Source of the DNA: Rhynchobatus australiae
Taxonomy: Eukaryota
NCBI GenBank assembly: GCA_034780895.1
Contig: JAUZTB010000107.1
Span: 33,762,722 to 33,826,721 of the forward strand
DNA: 64,000 bases
Direction: 5' to 3'
In this document: in pieces, positions 25,001-38,511 of the stretch
Layout: each line of letters starts with the position of its first letter
Numbering within the stretch: the first letter of the stretch is position 1
The notes under the pieces: generated by a model
Database searches by the model: none
What the model saw: only the letters and a program-made list of their open reading frames with translations
What the model was told of the DNA's origin: nothing
Position numbers and translations under genes: made by a program

Positions 25001-25269
25001 TTACATGACATGGATATCTGATGCATAGTTTTCAAGGAATAGCCTATAGTATTTCTCTGAAGATATAAATAAATTCACAAGTGATACTTCTGATGCATTA
25101 CTTTACTGACAATATGTCAACATTTCCAGAAAAACTAGAGAAATGGAAAAATGAAGTAAGCAATCCAATCAAAATTTCAATTAAGGCTGAAATATAAGAA
25201 TACATGTTGTACTATTGTGAAAGGAAGCTTTCACTGACCACAATCTCATTGTCATCGTGGTCTTGATGT

Positions 25270-26090
25270 ACATGAGGTGCATTGCAATAGCTTTCCACAC
25301 CCTTTACCCACCCTCAGCCACAAAATTTTCATGTCTGCCTACTCCTTATCTATTCAAACCAACATAACAGTACTATGGCATTTATTCCTAAATTCCATGC
25401 TCACCTCTTTTGTTGAGGTTCTAGCACCTTCTATCCAGTCAAGCAACTGTACTGGTTCCCTTCTTCCTACCTCTTGTTTACAACTCACTTTGTCTATCAC
25501 TAAACCTCAGTGACATTATGAAAACCTCTTCCTTTCTATCCTACTGTCTTGACCCCCAACCTGTTAATCATATCAGCCCAGTCAGCATACCTATTCTAAT
25601 TTTTCAATCATTACAATTACCTCTGTCTATCCCATTCACACTCTTAACAAATCAATCCTCTTTCCCCTATCACTCTCTCATATCTTCTAATTCCCCAAGA
25701 ATTGTTGCCATCGCATTTATAAAGACCTTGAGCATTAAGTGTTTGCATCTTCATTTTAAGCAACACCACCATTTCTGTCTCAACTCCTAGTTGGCCTCCT
25801 TCTGCTCTAATTATTGTGTATGATTATCCAAATGAGTTGGAACAATATATCCCTTTTTGTTGATGATGGCTTCCCTCAAATTTTTTTATCATAACCCTTC
25901 TGGCCTCATCATTGTTTAAAAAAAATCTAATTTCTGTTTTTGAATGAGGTTATCATCACCTTGTTTCTTCACTCCTCTCTTGAACAACAATCCCCTCACT
26001 CACTCCAGCTCTTAACCTCTGCAGTTTTTTTGTACGACTTTCCCTTCTCTCTGAAACCAACCTATAGTGCTTCTGACTCCCTAAAACGCA
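25270..26090 (+). mobile_element. Very old L2-like LINE fragment
   Basis: Pyrimidine (C)-rich composition typical of the L2 sense strand. No clean peptide motif recovered. Confidence 0.3.
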
Positions 26091-27949
26091 CCAAATTTTA
26101 GACCAGATTTTCTTCCAGCAGCAGAGAATGAAGCAAGAGCAGGATCTCTGCTCTTACACCTCCATAAGATTTAATCGTGAGTTGTAAGGATCAAATGGGA
26201 GGGTGGAAATCCTGCTTCACCATGACTTCAAAAAGGACCTTAAAATCCAAATCACAACTTCTGATATCTCTGGTTATATAGAGAAATAGCATCTAAATTA
26301 AGGGCCACCAGTTTACCTTGAGATTTATCAGAAGTATGCAAATATGCCCTGCCTTCCCTCACCAGTTTTGGGCAAATTTCCATTGCTTTAGATTGTTCCA
26401 TCTTCTACTCATTACAAAACATTTCTGTCCAAGCTTTCATTCTGTGGGTGTCTGATGAAACAATGAATCAAGACCTCTTGTTTGCACTTACTCCTTCAAG
26501 CATTTCAGCAATAATAAATCCTAATCCAGAGTAATTTTCTGTTTCTGGTTCTTTGACTCCCACTGCTACTAAAATTAGAATTTTAAAACTGGTGCCATGT
26601 TCTGAGCTTATTTTACTGATTTATTGAGGTGCTTTTGTCTTTAGCGTAGATTCCAATCCCAATTATAACTAAGGTTGTCAGACATACAAGAGCATTGAAG
26701 CAAGATACATCCATCTGTGTAATAAAATAACACAAAATGGGCATTTTGCATATGTATCAGTGCACTGATCTATGTTTTTTGACAAATGTACATTGTGCAA
26801 TATGTGTATTACTATGTGAAATTTCTTTCTGTCTGGAAGATTATTTCACAAGGAACAAATTTGACATTTTATGTTATAGTGTTGATACAACTGCATCTGA
26901 TAGAGTTTTGTAACATGTCCATATATAAGAAACTGGTAAAATTAATTTCAAAAATAAGCACCACCTCTAATAACTAGGATTCAACAGCTTATCATGACTT
27001 CCAGAGGAAAAAAATCAATTGGGGCACAAAAATTCTGGTAGTGACTTGCGAGCTCACTATTCATTTGTGCTGAACTTATCAATACACAGATAAGCATTTA
27101 AGATGCAAAGTTGTGAAAGTACATAGTTTTGGAATATCATGACAAAGTAAACAGTGAAATTTCATTCACATATAACAAATTCTATTAAGAGCAACTGAGA
27201 AGCAGCAAAAAGATTAGTCAAATAATCCTTTCCATAACCTTTAATCAAAGTTGATATTTTGGTGAGGATGCCAGAATACTATGAAACTGTTTTCTTTATT
27301 TAACATTGAAGTTAATGAAGACAGCAGTTTGAAAAATATATTTATGTTTCTCAAAAGACACAACTCAAGTGATGCAATTATATCCCAATCAGATGATTAG
27401 AGGTTCATTTTCTAGAGCTATCTGTCTCCTGCTTTCTACTGCCACATTAGAGAATGATTGAAGCCAATTGACAGATAAGATGTCATTTGAAGCAGACCAT
27501 CCTTAAGAAAAAAGAAGTTAAATTACCCAGAGCTGCCATCAGTGTATTTCGCTAGTACTCCTAATGAATACAAGCAATTCCACCCTCTAACTACTGCAAC
27601 CTACCAATTGGTATTGAGAATGCATTCATCATGCTCTATCCAAGACCTACCATAAAACTGTAAGCAACTAACTAGCATGTAACCTGTAGATTGTGCAGGC
27701 AGTTTTCCAAATAAAATGTCATGTAACTTTTGCTGCACACTATCAAATGCCTGGTTAGTTGTCCTGGTAAATCTGGCAAGAAACGTGTGATTAATTACAA
27801 GCATTGATATCAGTGTCCCCAGTGAAGAAAGAAAGTCATGAATTCTACGTCAGTACTGCATTGATATTAAAGTGATGTTAATGATCTGATGCTGGCAACT
27901 CAAATAGTCCAGAATACTGTGGAAATTTGATTACTCGTAAGTGGAATTA

Positions 27950-28800
27950 TATTGAATATACAGAAGTTAAATAGGCCATTTGGGCTAACTAGACTGTGGT
28001 GGTCTTTATCCTCGGGTGACTCCTCCCTTTTCATCTAAATCATCTCATCTCAACCTTTTGGCTTTTCTTTCTGTTCCCTTTTCTCTGGTGTACAAATAAT
28101 GTTTCCTTCTGAAGTATCCAGGTTATTTAACTTCAGCATTTCCTATGGTGAGAGTTCCACATTCTAACCAAGATATTTATTCTTACTTTTCTATCTTGTA
28201 TTTATGGCCCTAGATAGTTGATTATGCCACTTAGAAACTTATTAAGGCTGTATTTGTCAACATTGCATGGACATCAGTTGAAATTCTGCATTGAATGTCC
28301 ATCCCTAATTTCCCCTGGACTGTAGATGCATTCAAATGTCAACCACGTTGTTGGGTCTGGAGTCACAGACAGACCAGACTAGTTAAGAACGACAGATTTC
28401 CTCTCTGTAGGACATTAGTGAAATGAATGTTTTGTTTCACAGCATTCATAGTCATTTTTACTGAAAGTTTCATTCAATTACTTGAGGTTACATTCTCCAG
28501 CTGTTATGACAGGTTCATACCCCTGAACCAATAGTCCAGAACTCTAGTTTCAAGTCCAGTAAACTGCCCACTGCATCATCAAATCTATTTCTATCTGGTC
28601 CACTTCATTTGTAATCTTAAAGGCCTCCATCAAGTCTCCTCATTCTCTAATCCGAAAAGCTTCAATATGTTCAATCTCTCCCAATAATTGCATCTATCAG
28701 ACCCAGTACCATTCTTGTAACCTCTCTTGACTCTTTTCCAATGCTTCTACATCCGTTCTAGGGAATGGAGACTAGAATTTTGCACAGGAATACAGGTTCA
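27950..28800 (-). mobile_element. Decayed CR1 3' region interrupted by a SINE at about 28250-28580
   Basis: CR1-like tail (aggccatttgggc) and body (cattcttgtaacctctct..ccaatgcttctacatcc..gactagaattttgcacag) flank a distinct segment (gggtctggagtcac..cagatttcctctctgtaggacattagtgaa) that I recall as a shark SINE. Confidence 0.5.
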
Positions 28801-31800
28801 GCCTGAGAGGAATCCCCAGACAAATATATTTTTAATTTCTGACCTGTACTGCTGCTTTTAATCACTTATTCACTTGTCTCCATGTGTTCTTTGAGCCCAT
28901 TCAGTCTCTTATTTCCTAAGGTGTAGGTGCTATTTTTGTTTTTCCTAAAAATTCCTTTACCTCAGATTTATCTAAGGTTTATTTTTCATTTAGCTGCAAC
29001 TTTTCTAATGCTTTGTTTTTCTGGCCTCAATTTTGCAGGAAAATTCTTACAGCTCCAGGAGCATTCAGAAACATTCATAGTTTGTAATGACTTTGACAGC
29101 TGGCTAAACCAAGGAGTGTGGCTTAGTCACCTATCAACACTTTAATCAGCAGTTTTGTTGATGGGCTTGTTCTGCTTCCCTCTACCACTACAATTCCAGA
29201 TAATGTAATTTATGCACGAGAACCCCACTGTAGGTGATGCAGGCTTTATCCACCAAGTTTGTACAAATGTGAATAAAGTAAAAGGGAAGCTATCCAAAAT
29301 GAACCCAGATGGCTCTTCTCTGCCTGCAAAGTCTGGGAGTACATGTTGCATTCTCCATGAACGGTACCTACATCAACTGTCACCATCGTGAACTACACCG
29401 GTAGAAATGTTCAGCAGGAGCATCAATGAAGCTTTAACACAAAAAAAACATTTAAAAATGCTTAATTCTTTTACTTTTCATTGAACATGCAAATAATACT
29501 TACGAACTGTAATGACAGCAAGGTATTAGAAATCAAATGGTTTCAAAACTTGAAATGTAGACGTAACTGGATAATTATTGGGTGAATAATAGTGGAAGAA
29601 GTGCACCAGCTCCCAAACTACTCAACTACCCATCCCATCAAACACCACCTGCCCCAGCTGCATGTTCCACATTGGCTTCATCCATTATCTTCAAACTCAC
29701 AAAATCTGAGTAGAAGCAAGTCATTCTTGATTCCAAAAAAGCAGAAAAAAGACCAGTTGCTAGATTATTTAAAATAGAGCTAACACAACAATTGCTGCTT
29801 GACGGTCACAGAGCTAAAGAATTCTCAGGATTCAAATTAAAAGGCCAATGTAAGAGACCCTTTAAAGCACATTTCTCAAATCACATTGATAACCTGGAAG
29901 TATCACCATGTGCCATGTTACTAACTAGTTAAATTTTAACCAATTATGAAGTAATAGCTTGGTCCTGAGAAGAATCAAAAAGAATCATTTCTCCCACATA
30001 ATACAAATAAGCTCATCAATTAAATAAAATAGGTCTGAACAATAAAGTTGATATTGTTAGTAGTTCCTGCTTTGATATAAAGTACATTAACAAAAATACA
30101 GAGTTTTGATTGCCACAGCTGTGAAACGATGGTATTTATCAAAAAAATTTTCAAAATCCATTTCCTCAAACCAAGGAAACATGGAAAAAGTCCATCCTGC
30201 CAGTGGAAACATTCAACAGTTGAAAGCCCACTGCTGTGGTTTCTTGCAAAGGCAGCAAACTTTTGAAAGGGAAATTGCTGCCAACTCAAATACAGTTTGC
30301 TTTCACACCCAAGAACAAACTGTGTGCACACTAAAGGCTTCCTGAGGGCTCAATGCAGCTGGAGCAATGTGAATAAAGGTAAATGCAGTATTAGTGCTAC
30401 TGGGAATCATTTTTATGCTCCTAAATTTAATTTAATATTGTTCCTGTGAAGTATCGTGGGNNNNNNNNNNAGCAGCAACATAAGTGCAAGCTGTTTCTGT
30501 TGCATAAGCAGTGAATCAGTAATAAAATGCCTATACTGACCTACCTCAGTACACCAGGTTTTTAGATACTTCAGTAATGAGGGCTACTAAAATGTAGTGC
30601 AAAAACTACTAAACCTGTGGTCTCTTAACTACCCCCACCCCCGCCACAAAAATCATAAGGCACTCACTTAAAATGAATATTGTACATGTTGATTATTGCA
30701 ATTGGACTCCATAATCTAAAGTGTTTAGACCATGAATTTAGCTTACATTTGTTGCACAAGTATTATTTTATAATAAAGAACAATTGTAGAGGAGTTAGAT
30801 TTGTAAGATTACTTAGGCTGCTACATTTTAACAGGTAGAAAGACGAGGGGAAAATTGAAAGAAAAACAAAATTTGAAATTATTTTGATTCTGAAAGAGGT
30901 ATTTTAATAAAATATACTGAATCAAAAGCACCAATTTATGTCATGTAGTATGCTGGAAATTTTAAAACCAGTATTATCTTGGGGTTACACAACATTAATT
31001 CTAAAATAGCTTTCAAATTGCTCACTGCAGATGCCCACTTTACTGGCAGAGTTTTTCCAGCATTTTGTACTTGTTTTTTTGTATTCAGAGTGTTGACAGT
31101 ATTTTAGTTTTGTTTCAAAGCTGATTGTATCACATATTTCTCTGATATTAAGCTTGAGATTTTATGCACCATAAACTTTTACAAAATAAATAAATGCACA
31201 TCTGTATAAAAGCATTGAGGATGTATGGATGAAAACAATATCCTTAAAGGCCTGTAAATTTGTCCTTTGGAGATTTTAAACAACACTCTTAAACCTGGGT
31301 TACTTTACATCAATTGATACTGACTGATTTTCAAAGTTTTGAACTACAACTAAATTATGCAAAGATAAAGGAAAAAATCTCCTCTCACTTGCTAAATGCA
31401 CTTCATCAATGTCTGCTCATGATGATTGATGCAATGTTATTTTTCTTTCAGCACCTTTTACCATGTCTTGTTACTGAATGAGATGATTCTAGGAAGCTCC
31501 ACAAACACTCAGCTTTCAGCTTGAAGCATGCAATTCTCCAGTGCAATCTCATTGTAAATGTCCTTGTAGCCAATGGTACTTAAGGCCACAAAGTTCAAGC
31601 TGACTGTGGAGTGGAACAGCACTGAACATCTGGCCATGAATGATCAGAAAGGCTACTAACTAACCGTGCTGGGCTCTTGATGAAAAATTCAACATTTTCC
31701 TTGTTGGCACAGTTGTTTTGTAGTATTCTCTTGAGCTTCCTGAATTATATTAAGAAAATTTCACTGCAGCAATTTATATCTGTGAGAACAGCTGGCGCTG

Positions 31801-32364
31801 AAAGGGGATCTGCTACACAACAATTGCTGGGGGACCTTAGATTGGATCCTGCTCCATTCACTACATTTGTCCTTGAAAATTAGTTTTGCAGAATAAAATA
31901 AAAGTTTAACTAACTTATCATTATAAGCATGATGATAGCCCATGGTATCCAAAAATTCATCAGTGCACGAGTTACACTTTTTGTAAAGAACACATACAAA
32001 TAAAACAAAATATGTGACTTGCATCCAAAAGTTGGAGATAGTAAAAGCCTCCTTACGCCCTCATTAAAGCAAATGTCTCTTTTACTTACGAATAATCCAA
32101 ACATACTTGTTTTTCCTTAAGTTCAGTGGCACATGATGCTTTTGTAATGTCAGTTATATATGCCAAAATAATACCACAATCAGAAACCTGGCAGATGTGC
32201 AGAAAGCTAAAAATTATTCATGGCAAGAAGACACAGCAGCAACAAATCAGCAGAGCATGATGTTGTCATTCAGATTGCAGAAGTAAACAAAATTTATTAA
32301 ATGTCTGAATTAAACCAATGGAATATGAAAGTGTTTACAATATACTGAATTTGTTGATCTCAGT

Positions 32365-33140
32365 AAACTGCATCTTGCATTTATATAGAGCATTTAATAT
32401 AGAACACCACACCACATCAAGTACTTCACAGAATTGTGAGTTGATTTGTAAAGATTGATGTGAAGCCATAGAGAGAGAGAGATAATAAAAGCAGTGACTG
32501 AAAGATGTTGTTTTAATGTGGGTCAAAGGAATAAAAGGTGTGAAAAGGCATAGAGGTTTGAGAAGGGAATTTTGCATCAATGGGGTCACAAATTCCTGAA
32601 CATGTTTCCCCCAACAGTAAAGAAAAGGTGATGGGGTTTAAGAGTTCAGAGCAGAATGTTTTGAAGGTTGTAGGGCAGAAGAGTAACAGAGATATGGAGG
32701 GATGAGGCAAACCATTGATTTAGACATCAGGAGCCAATAAAAGTCAGTGAAAATAGGGGAAATGAATGTGGAGAATGGAATGAGTTTGGATAGGCTGAAG
32801 TTAATGGAGGGTGGAGTATGAAACACCAGCCAGGTGGGTATGGAACAAGTGAGCTTGGGTGTGGCAAAGACATGGATGACAACTTTAGGAATATATGAAC
32901 ATTTGTTGCAGAGGTGGAGGTATTGGGTCTTAGTGATAGAGAAGATAGTGAATTAGAAGTCAACCCACAGTCAAATAATGGGAAGTTACAATTATTCTGA
33001 GATAATTAAATGGTGGGCAGGAAAGGGGTGGACTCGATGTTAAAATTACAGCATCTGTGGCAAAGGTTGAAGATGAAGTCTTTAGCCTTCCTGCTATGGG
33101 ATTAAGGGAACTGCAACAGAGGGGTTGAGGAATAGAACTA
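32365..33140 (-). mobile_element. L2-type LINE 3' portion
   Basis: Reversed tail cttgcatttatatagagcatttaa. Minus-strand ISPIFTDFYWLL resembles the L2 motif HITPVLxxLHWLPV. Confidence 0.7.
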
Positions 33141-33301
33141 ATCATCACGAGCATATCACTAATCAGCTAAAATTCTTGCCCCCAAAGTCTGTTCAGGTTT
33201 GATTAACTAAAAATATCAAAACTGAGATTAATAAGCTTTTCTTAGACTAGAGTATAGTTTCAAAATTAAATTAGGTAGATAGAGGTAAGATACAGATCAG
33301 C

Positions 33302-33545
33302 ACGGGGCGGCACAGTAGCGTAGCAGTTAGCACGACGCTATTACAGTGCCAGCGATCGGGGTTCGATTCCCGTCGCTGCCTGTACGGAGTTTGTACATTC
33401 TCCCGTGTCTGCGTGGGTTTCCTCCGGGTGCTCCAGTTTCCTCCCACATTCTAAAGACGTATGGGTAGGTTAATTTGGGGTTTAAGAGTGGGCAGCACGG
33501 ACTTGTTGGGCTGGAAGGGCCTGTTACCACGCTGTAAATAAAATT
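33302..33545 (+). mobile_element. tRNA-derived V-SINE (HE1-like), young copy inserted into an older CR1 3' end (about 33200-33620)
   Basis: A-box-like tagcgtagcag, B box GGTTCGATTCC, V-domain GGGTTTCCTCCGGGTGCTCCAGTTTCCTCCCAC, CR1-derived tail ggctggaagggcctgtt, AT-rich end. CpG-rich. Confidence 0.92.
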
Positions 33546-35122
33546 TAAATAAAATTTTAAAAATTTAAATAGCCAAGCTGAATATCCAACAAGGCTTGAT
33601 GACTCGCCTCATCCTGTTCCTGCTATTACTTCTTTGAACTGTCAATAGTTGATTCTCAACTTTTGATCTCTGATTCTTTATAAAACATCTCTTTCATATC
33701 CAATGGAGGGCCAAAGGCTGGACAGTAGATAATTAGAAAGTGCAGTTTTAGTGATAATCGATGTTTGAACCTGACATTGATAAGAATGTAAGTGGATTAC
33801 AGGAGAATAGTAAGCACAAGGAAGTGTTTGGAGACAGCCACAATCAAGGCAATGGAAGTCAGATGATCATAAAGCTGAGGAAGGGTTGTGAGCAGGGGAA
33901 AAGAATTGTAAAAGGTGACTGTATGAAGAGGGCAAATATTGTTAAAACAAAAGGAGAGAGAACAAGGTAAGTTAAGATACAGTTGAAAATCACCAAGGGA
34001 GAGACACACACAGAACAGAAGCAAAGAGAGTAGAGAGAGACCATCTCATATCAAAACCAGGAATGGTTGAAAGAGAACAAGGATTTAAAAGAAAAAAACA
34101 AGTATGGTGATGGAAGGAAAATGGAGGCAAAACTAAAAAAAAACAAAAGCTCTGTGTGTACAAAATAAAGTAAAGCAATATTGCAAAAGTTTCTGGGTGT
34201 CCTAAGAGCAGTTACTAGCATCTTCTGCTTATTTGTAGCTGTGATTTGTGTTCACTTATGTTCCCGTTTCAAACTAGTCCAGATGATGTTNNNNNNNNNN
34301 AGTGATGGTGCAAAATTCATCATCAGTGAAATTTTCAACCACATCGTCTGAAAAACAAAAGTGGCTGTTCATTGCAGAAGAACCAGCTTTTACTGACACA
34401 ACAATATTCTCACAGCTTAGTGCTGTTCAATCAGTCTGCAGTTCTGCCGCAGCTGGTGCATATCCTGTGACTGGCATTGCCACCTTTGGTAGAGGTGTAT
34501 GCAGGAGATGGGTCCTGAAACCTCATAGTTCGCTGTGTCCTAGAAAGAAACAAAGCACAGATTGTGTGGTGGAGGAGAGACATGGAGGAGGAGAGACAAG
34601 AAGAAAAAAATAGAGAGCAGCAAGGAAATTGAGTGGGGGCAAGAGAGACAGATAGAGCATCACTCAGAAAAGAAAGTACATTTCGAGAAAGAAGGGAATG
34701 TAAAGGGAAAGCGATGGGAGATGGAGGTTGAAGCAGCTTGTGTAAATGAGTGAACAAATATGTGGTAAATAAAGGTGTCATCTGACTGTGATTCATGTTT
34801 GGTGGTGACATTGTGCACATGTACCTTAAGTTGGTTGATGAAATACCAGCTGCATGGCTAAGTGCTGGCAGCTGCAAGAAATTCAACTACAGCTTTATAA
34901 CAATTCCTGGTGTTTTGGAAACACATGGCATTACACAAGGGAGCCAGAAAATAATTTCAAAATGGTACTGTATAATGTTGAGATCTTGCAACTCAGTTTT
35001 CATGCAGAAAAAAGACATGTATGTGAATTTCTAACGCAGAAATTTTATAGAAGAACACAAAGGAAAGCCTTGCTATGTCTGATTGGTATCGAATGTACCC
35101 TGGCTTTGTTGATATTGTGTGA

Positions 35123-35345
35123 CGTAGCATAGCAATTAGAGTGACGCTATTACAGCACCAGCAATTGGGGTTCAATTCCCGACGCTGTCTGTAAGGAGTC
35201 TGTACATTTTCCCGTGTCTTCGTGGGTTTCCTCCGGGTGCTCCGGTTTCCTCCCACATTCCAAAGACATACGGGTAGTTAACATGGGTTTAAAATGGGCA
35301 GCGAGGACTCTTTGGGCTGGAAGGACCATGCTGTAAATAAAATTT
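35123..35345 (+). mobile_element. tRNA-derived V-SINE (HE1-like), second copy
   Basis: Collinear with 33302-33545. B box GGTTCAATTCC and intact V-domain. Confidence 0.92.
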
Positions 35346-36164
35346 TTAAAGATTAATTTAATTTAATTGTGATTCAAGGGACTTCACAGCCAGCTGATGC
35401 TAGTGATATATTTTTAATTCTGAAACCTTTAGAGTTGTAGCTACAGGGTGCCATGACCCACTTGTATTCCTGAAGCAGAAATGGGCCTGTAAGGACAGTG
35501 GCAGACATACAAAATGGGCAGTGAATAAAGAAAAAATGATAAAAAGATGGGAAGGGTCTGAAAATAATTACTTTGTGATGTGTAAAATTGACAATGCTAG
35601 AAACATATTAGGTAAGTCAGTATCTGTGAAGAGAAATAGGAAGTTGTGTCTTTGGAGATATGCCCAAATTTGAAAGATTTATAAAAAAATTATTGGCAAA
35701 TGTGAAAGTTGGGACTTGAGAGTGTAAATCAATGCTGTATTTTTCACTCTCTCTTTTCTTTGCAGCCTTCCATGCTGCTGACCATGTGTTTAACTAAGAG
35801 GACTTGTGGGCAACACCAGGAACTTCTAAGGCCTCTATCATTGCTAGTGTGGTCAGCCAGTAAAAGGTACTGAAGTGCAGTGTGGCAAAACTCCAAATGG
35901 TTGCAGAAATTTGAAATTTATCCTTACAGCTCATAGGAAATAATTGAATATACATTGGTATGTATAGAAAGAGTATTCTAAAGAAAAATTTATGTACATT
36001 ATGTTTTGCTTTACCATGCTACAAACTCAACAAATTATAGCTATTATTTAATGAGAAATCAAAGTATGAACTTGCAGTAAGAAAAGTGTGTACTAAAATT
36101 CAACTTAACAAGAACTTTAAAATGAAGTCTAAAACTTAAAATTGACAAAATTTGTGAAAAATTT

Positions 36165-36475
36165 CAGTCAAGTTTATTATCATATGCATAAATATACGCA
36201 TGCACAGGGCACTGAAAAACTTATTTGCAGCACATAGCATCATATAAGCTGCATTCACAAGAAAACATAAATTAAACCCAATTTTTTACAAGAAAGAACA
36301 CAACTACAAAAAAAATGAAGTACATTTTGATTGCAAAGTGAACAAAGTAGTGATAGTGTTGCTAAACTCCAGTGATTAGGGTTGTGCCAATTGGTTCAAG
36401 AACCAAATGGTTGAAGGGCAGAAGCTGTTCTTGAACCTGGTTGCTTCTGTACCTCCTGCCCGATGGTAGCAGCAA
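36165..36475 (-). mobile_element. Rex1/Babar-related 3' end
   Basis: caagtttattatcat tail and gggcagaagctgttcttgaacctgg..ctgtacctcctgcccgatgg, similar to 1260-1500. Confidence 0.65.
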
Positions 36476-37479
36476 GAATTATTAATATTATTACAATTAT
36501 TATTATTTTAAAAATTCCAATAATTCCTAGATAGGCATAAGTATGAGTCTCCAAAATTCAAAAGGTGCATTTTTACAAATGTGACTTTTCTAAATGTTTG
36601 ACAATCATGCAGTTCTATTTATTACATTCTTTATGCTGTTACTCTTTGATAATAATAATTACAGCAGCTGGTTGTGCCTTGTATTATAGATGTTATAAGA
36701 CAGTATCTTCACAAGCATGTAGACTTACTCTACACCTCTGCAGTAGTTTACAAGGGAGGGTTTAGTGTGTGAACCTTAGGAACTGTTTGCCTTGCTGCTC
36801 GGCTCCAAGATGATAATAAATCTCAAATTCATCTTTTTATTTTGTATAGAGATCTATCGAGTCTATGTGTTTTTAAACAGTATATTTTTCATCTACAGTT
36901 CACAATACTCCACGCCTTCTGTATATAAAAATAACCAGAGTTTTTAATAATTCATTGATGCTCCTGCCAGAACACCTCCTTTCAATCAGTGTCCTAGAAC
37001 CAGATTAGAAAATCTCAACTCATATGGTGGTGATGATATTCAGTGATGATGATTTTCTGATGGAGAAAGTAATAAACTATGCTGTATATTACTGAATCAT
37101 GTTATGATGTGGATAACTGAATTTATCATACACTTCTTTGAATAACTGGTACACATAAATTCCAACTGAAGATTCACATAATATAAATGATGTCTAAGAT
37201 TTATGCAATCTATTTCCAATCATTGGTTTTCAGACCCTTCTGCTTGAGCAACCCCCACCCCCCCCCCCCAAAGAAGTATTGTCATACTCCCTTCTTCAGT
37301 GTCTTTCTTACAAAATATTGTGTTTCAACTTGATCCCAGATTTTGATTGAGCACTTGTGGGCAATATTAGGAACATCCAAAGCCTCTATTAATGGATGCT
37401 AGTATAGTGTGTTGAAGTGCAATATAACTTCAAATATAACTTCAAAAATATAGACATTTAAAAGAAAGTTAGACACAGA

Positions 37480-38511
37480 CAGCATCTTCTATAGACTACT
37501 TGTAGCATTCTGCAACAGCGATGCCATCAAGCCAATAAAAGAGAAGTGGGATACACGGATGATTGAAGTTAGGTGAAAAAAGGCATGGATCAGTTGGAAT
37601 GAATAACTGATGAAAATGATAATAATGGAAAAAGTAAATCCAAACTAATACGTTCAAACCATTTATATTACCTTCTGCAGAGACATCCTGCTGATTCGTA
37701 CAAAATATCACCAGGAATGAAATGGTAAGTATTCTGCCTGAAGACAAATAATTGGCGATTGCTAGTCTGAACCAAGCCAAAATATTGATTTGGAAGTTGT
37801 GGTGACAATAGCAGTGAAGTATAGCGGGAAAAATCTGGCAGTGCTTTGTGAAATGCATATGTGTAGTTAAATAGGGAAATCAAGAACTTGCTCTCAGTGA
37901 AATTCTGCAGATGCTGGAATCTGGAGCAATACACAAAAATTGTTGGAGGAACTCAGCAGGTCAGGCAGTATCCACGGATGGAAATAAACAGTCCCCATTT
38001 CATGCCAAGATCCTTCATCAGAACTCTCCCCTCATATGAATGCAGAAGTCCCTCCATTTCCCTCCATGGATGCTACATGACCTGCAGAGTTCCTCCAGTA
38101 ATTTTTGTGTATTGAACTTGTTCCGTTGCATGCCTCACATTTGACAATTAGTGTTCATTTCAAATTTTCATAAATTATTCCTGATGTTTAAATTTTACAC
38201 TTTACTCTATAAACAACAGGCAATGACAAAGGTGTTGCTGAATGTATCTTTGGTGCTGAAGATCAAATTTTGAGTGTTTTAACTCTAATGCTCTTGGAAT
38301 AATTCTCTCAGAATATGTTCCTAATTCAAAATTCAATGTACTTTAAGATACTTTTTTAAAAAAGTTTATGTTATTGCTATGTCCCAAATTTTATCTCAGT
38401 AGAATGTTTCCTGTTACCTGTCTGTCAGCATTCTTTAATCCTATTGGCTGTTCAACCAGCTTGATGGCGTCGCTGTTGCAGAATGCCACAGATAATCTAT
38501 AGAAGATGCTG
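37480..38511. mobile_element. ~1 kb segment bounded by 53-bp inverted repeats (candidate non-autonomous DNA transposon)
   Basis: 37480-37532 versus the reverse complement of 38459-38511: 48/53 identical. No TSD evident. Confidence 0.6.
37903..38114. mobile_element. Penelope terminal-repeat derivative arranged as a fold-back
   Basis: caatacacaaaaattgttggaggaactc... is mirrored by ...gagttcctccagtaatttttgtgtattg. The minus strand retains CTGATGA (38021-38015) and GAAA (38001-37998). Confidence 0.8.

Noticed and set aside
24985-25003. Minus-strand GTGATGA resembling a snoRNA C box
   Set aside because: It is the terminal inverted repeat of the LTR, and I saw no matching D box or terminal stem.
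29142-29366. Minus-strand ORF YRSWRMQHVLPDFAGREEPSGFILDSFPF.. as a possible terminal exon
   Set aside because: The acceptor lacks a polypyrimidine tract, several frames on both strands are similarly open, and I recognise no protein.
33302-33380. tRNA-like sequence with A and B boxes
   Set aside because: It is the head of a V-SINE and continues into the V-domain and LINE-derived tail, so it is not a tRNA gene.
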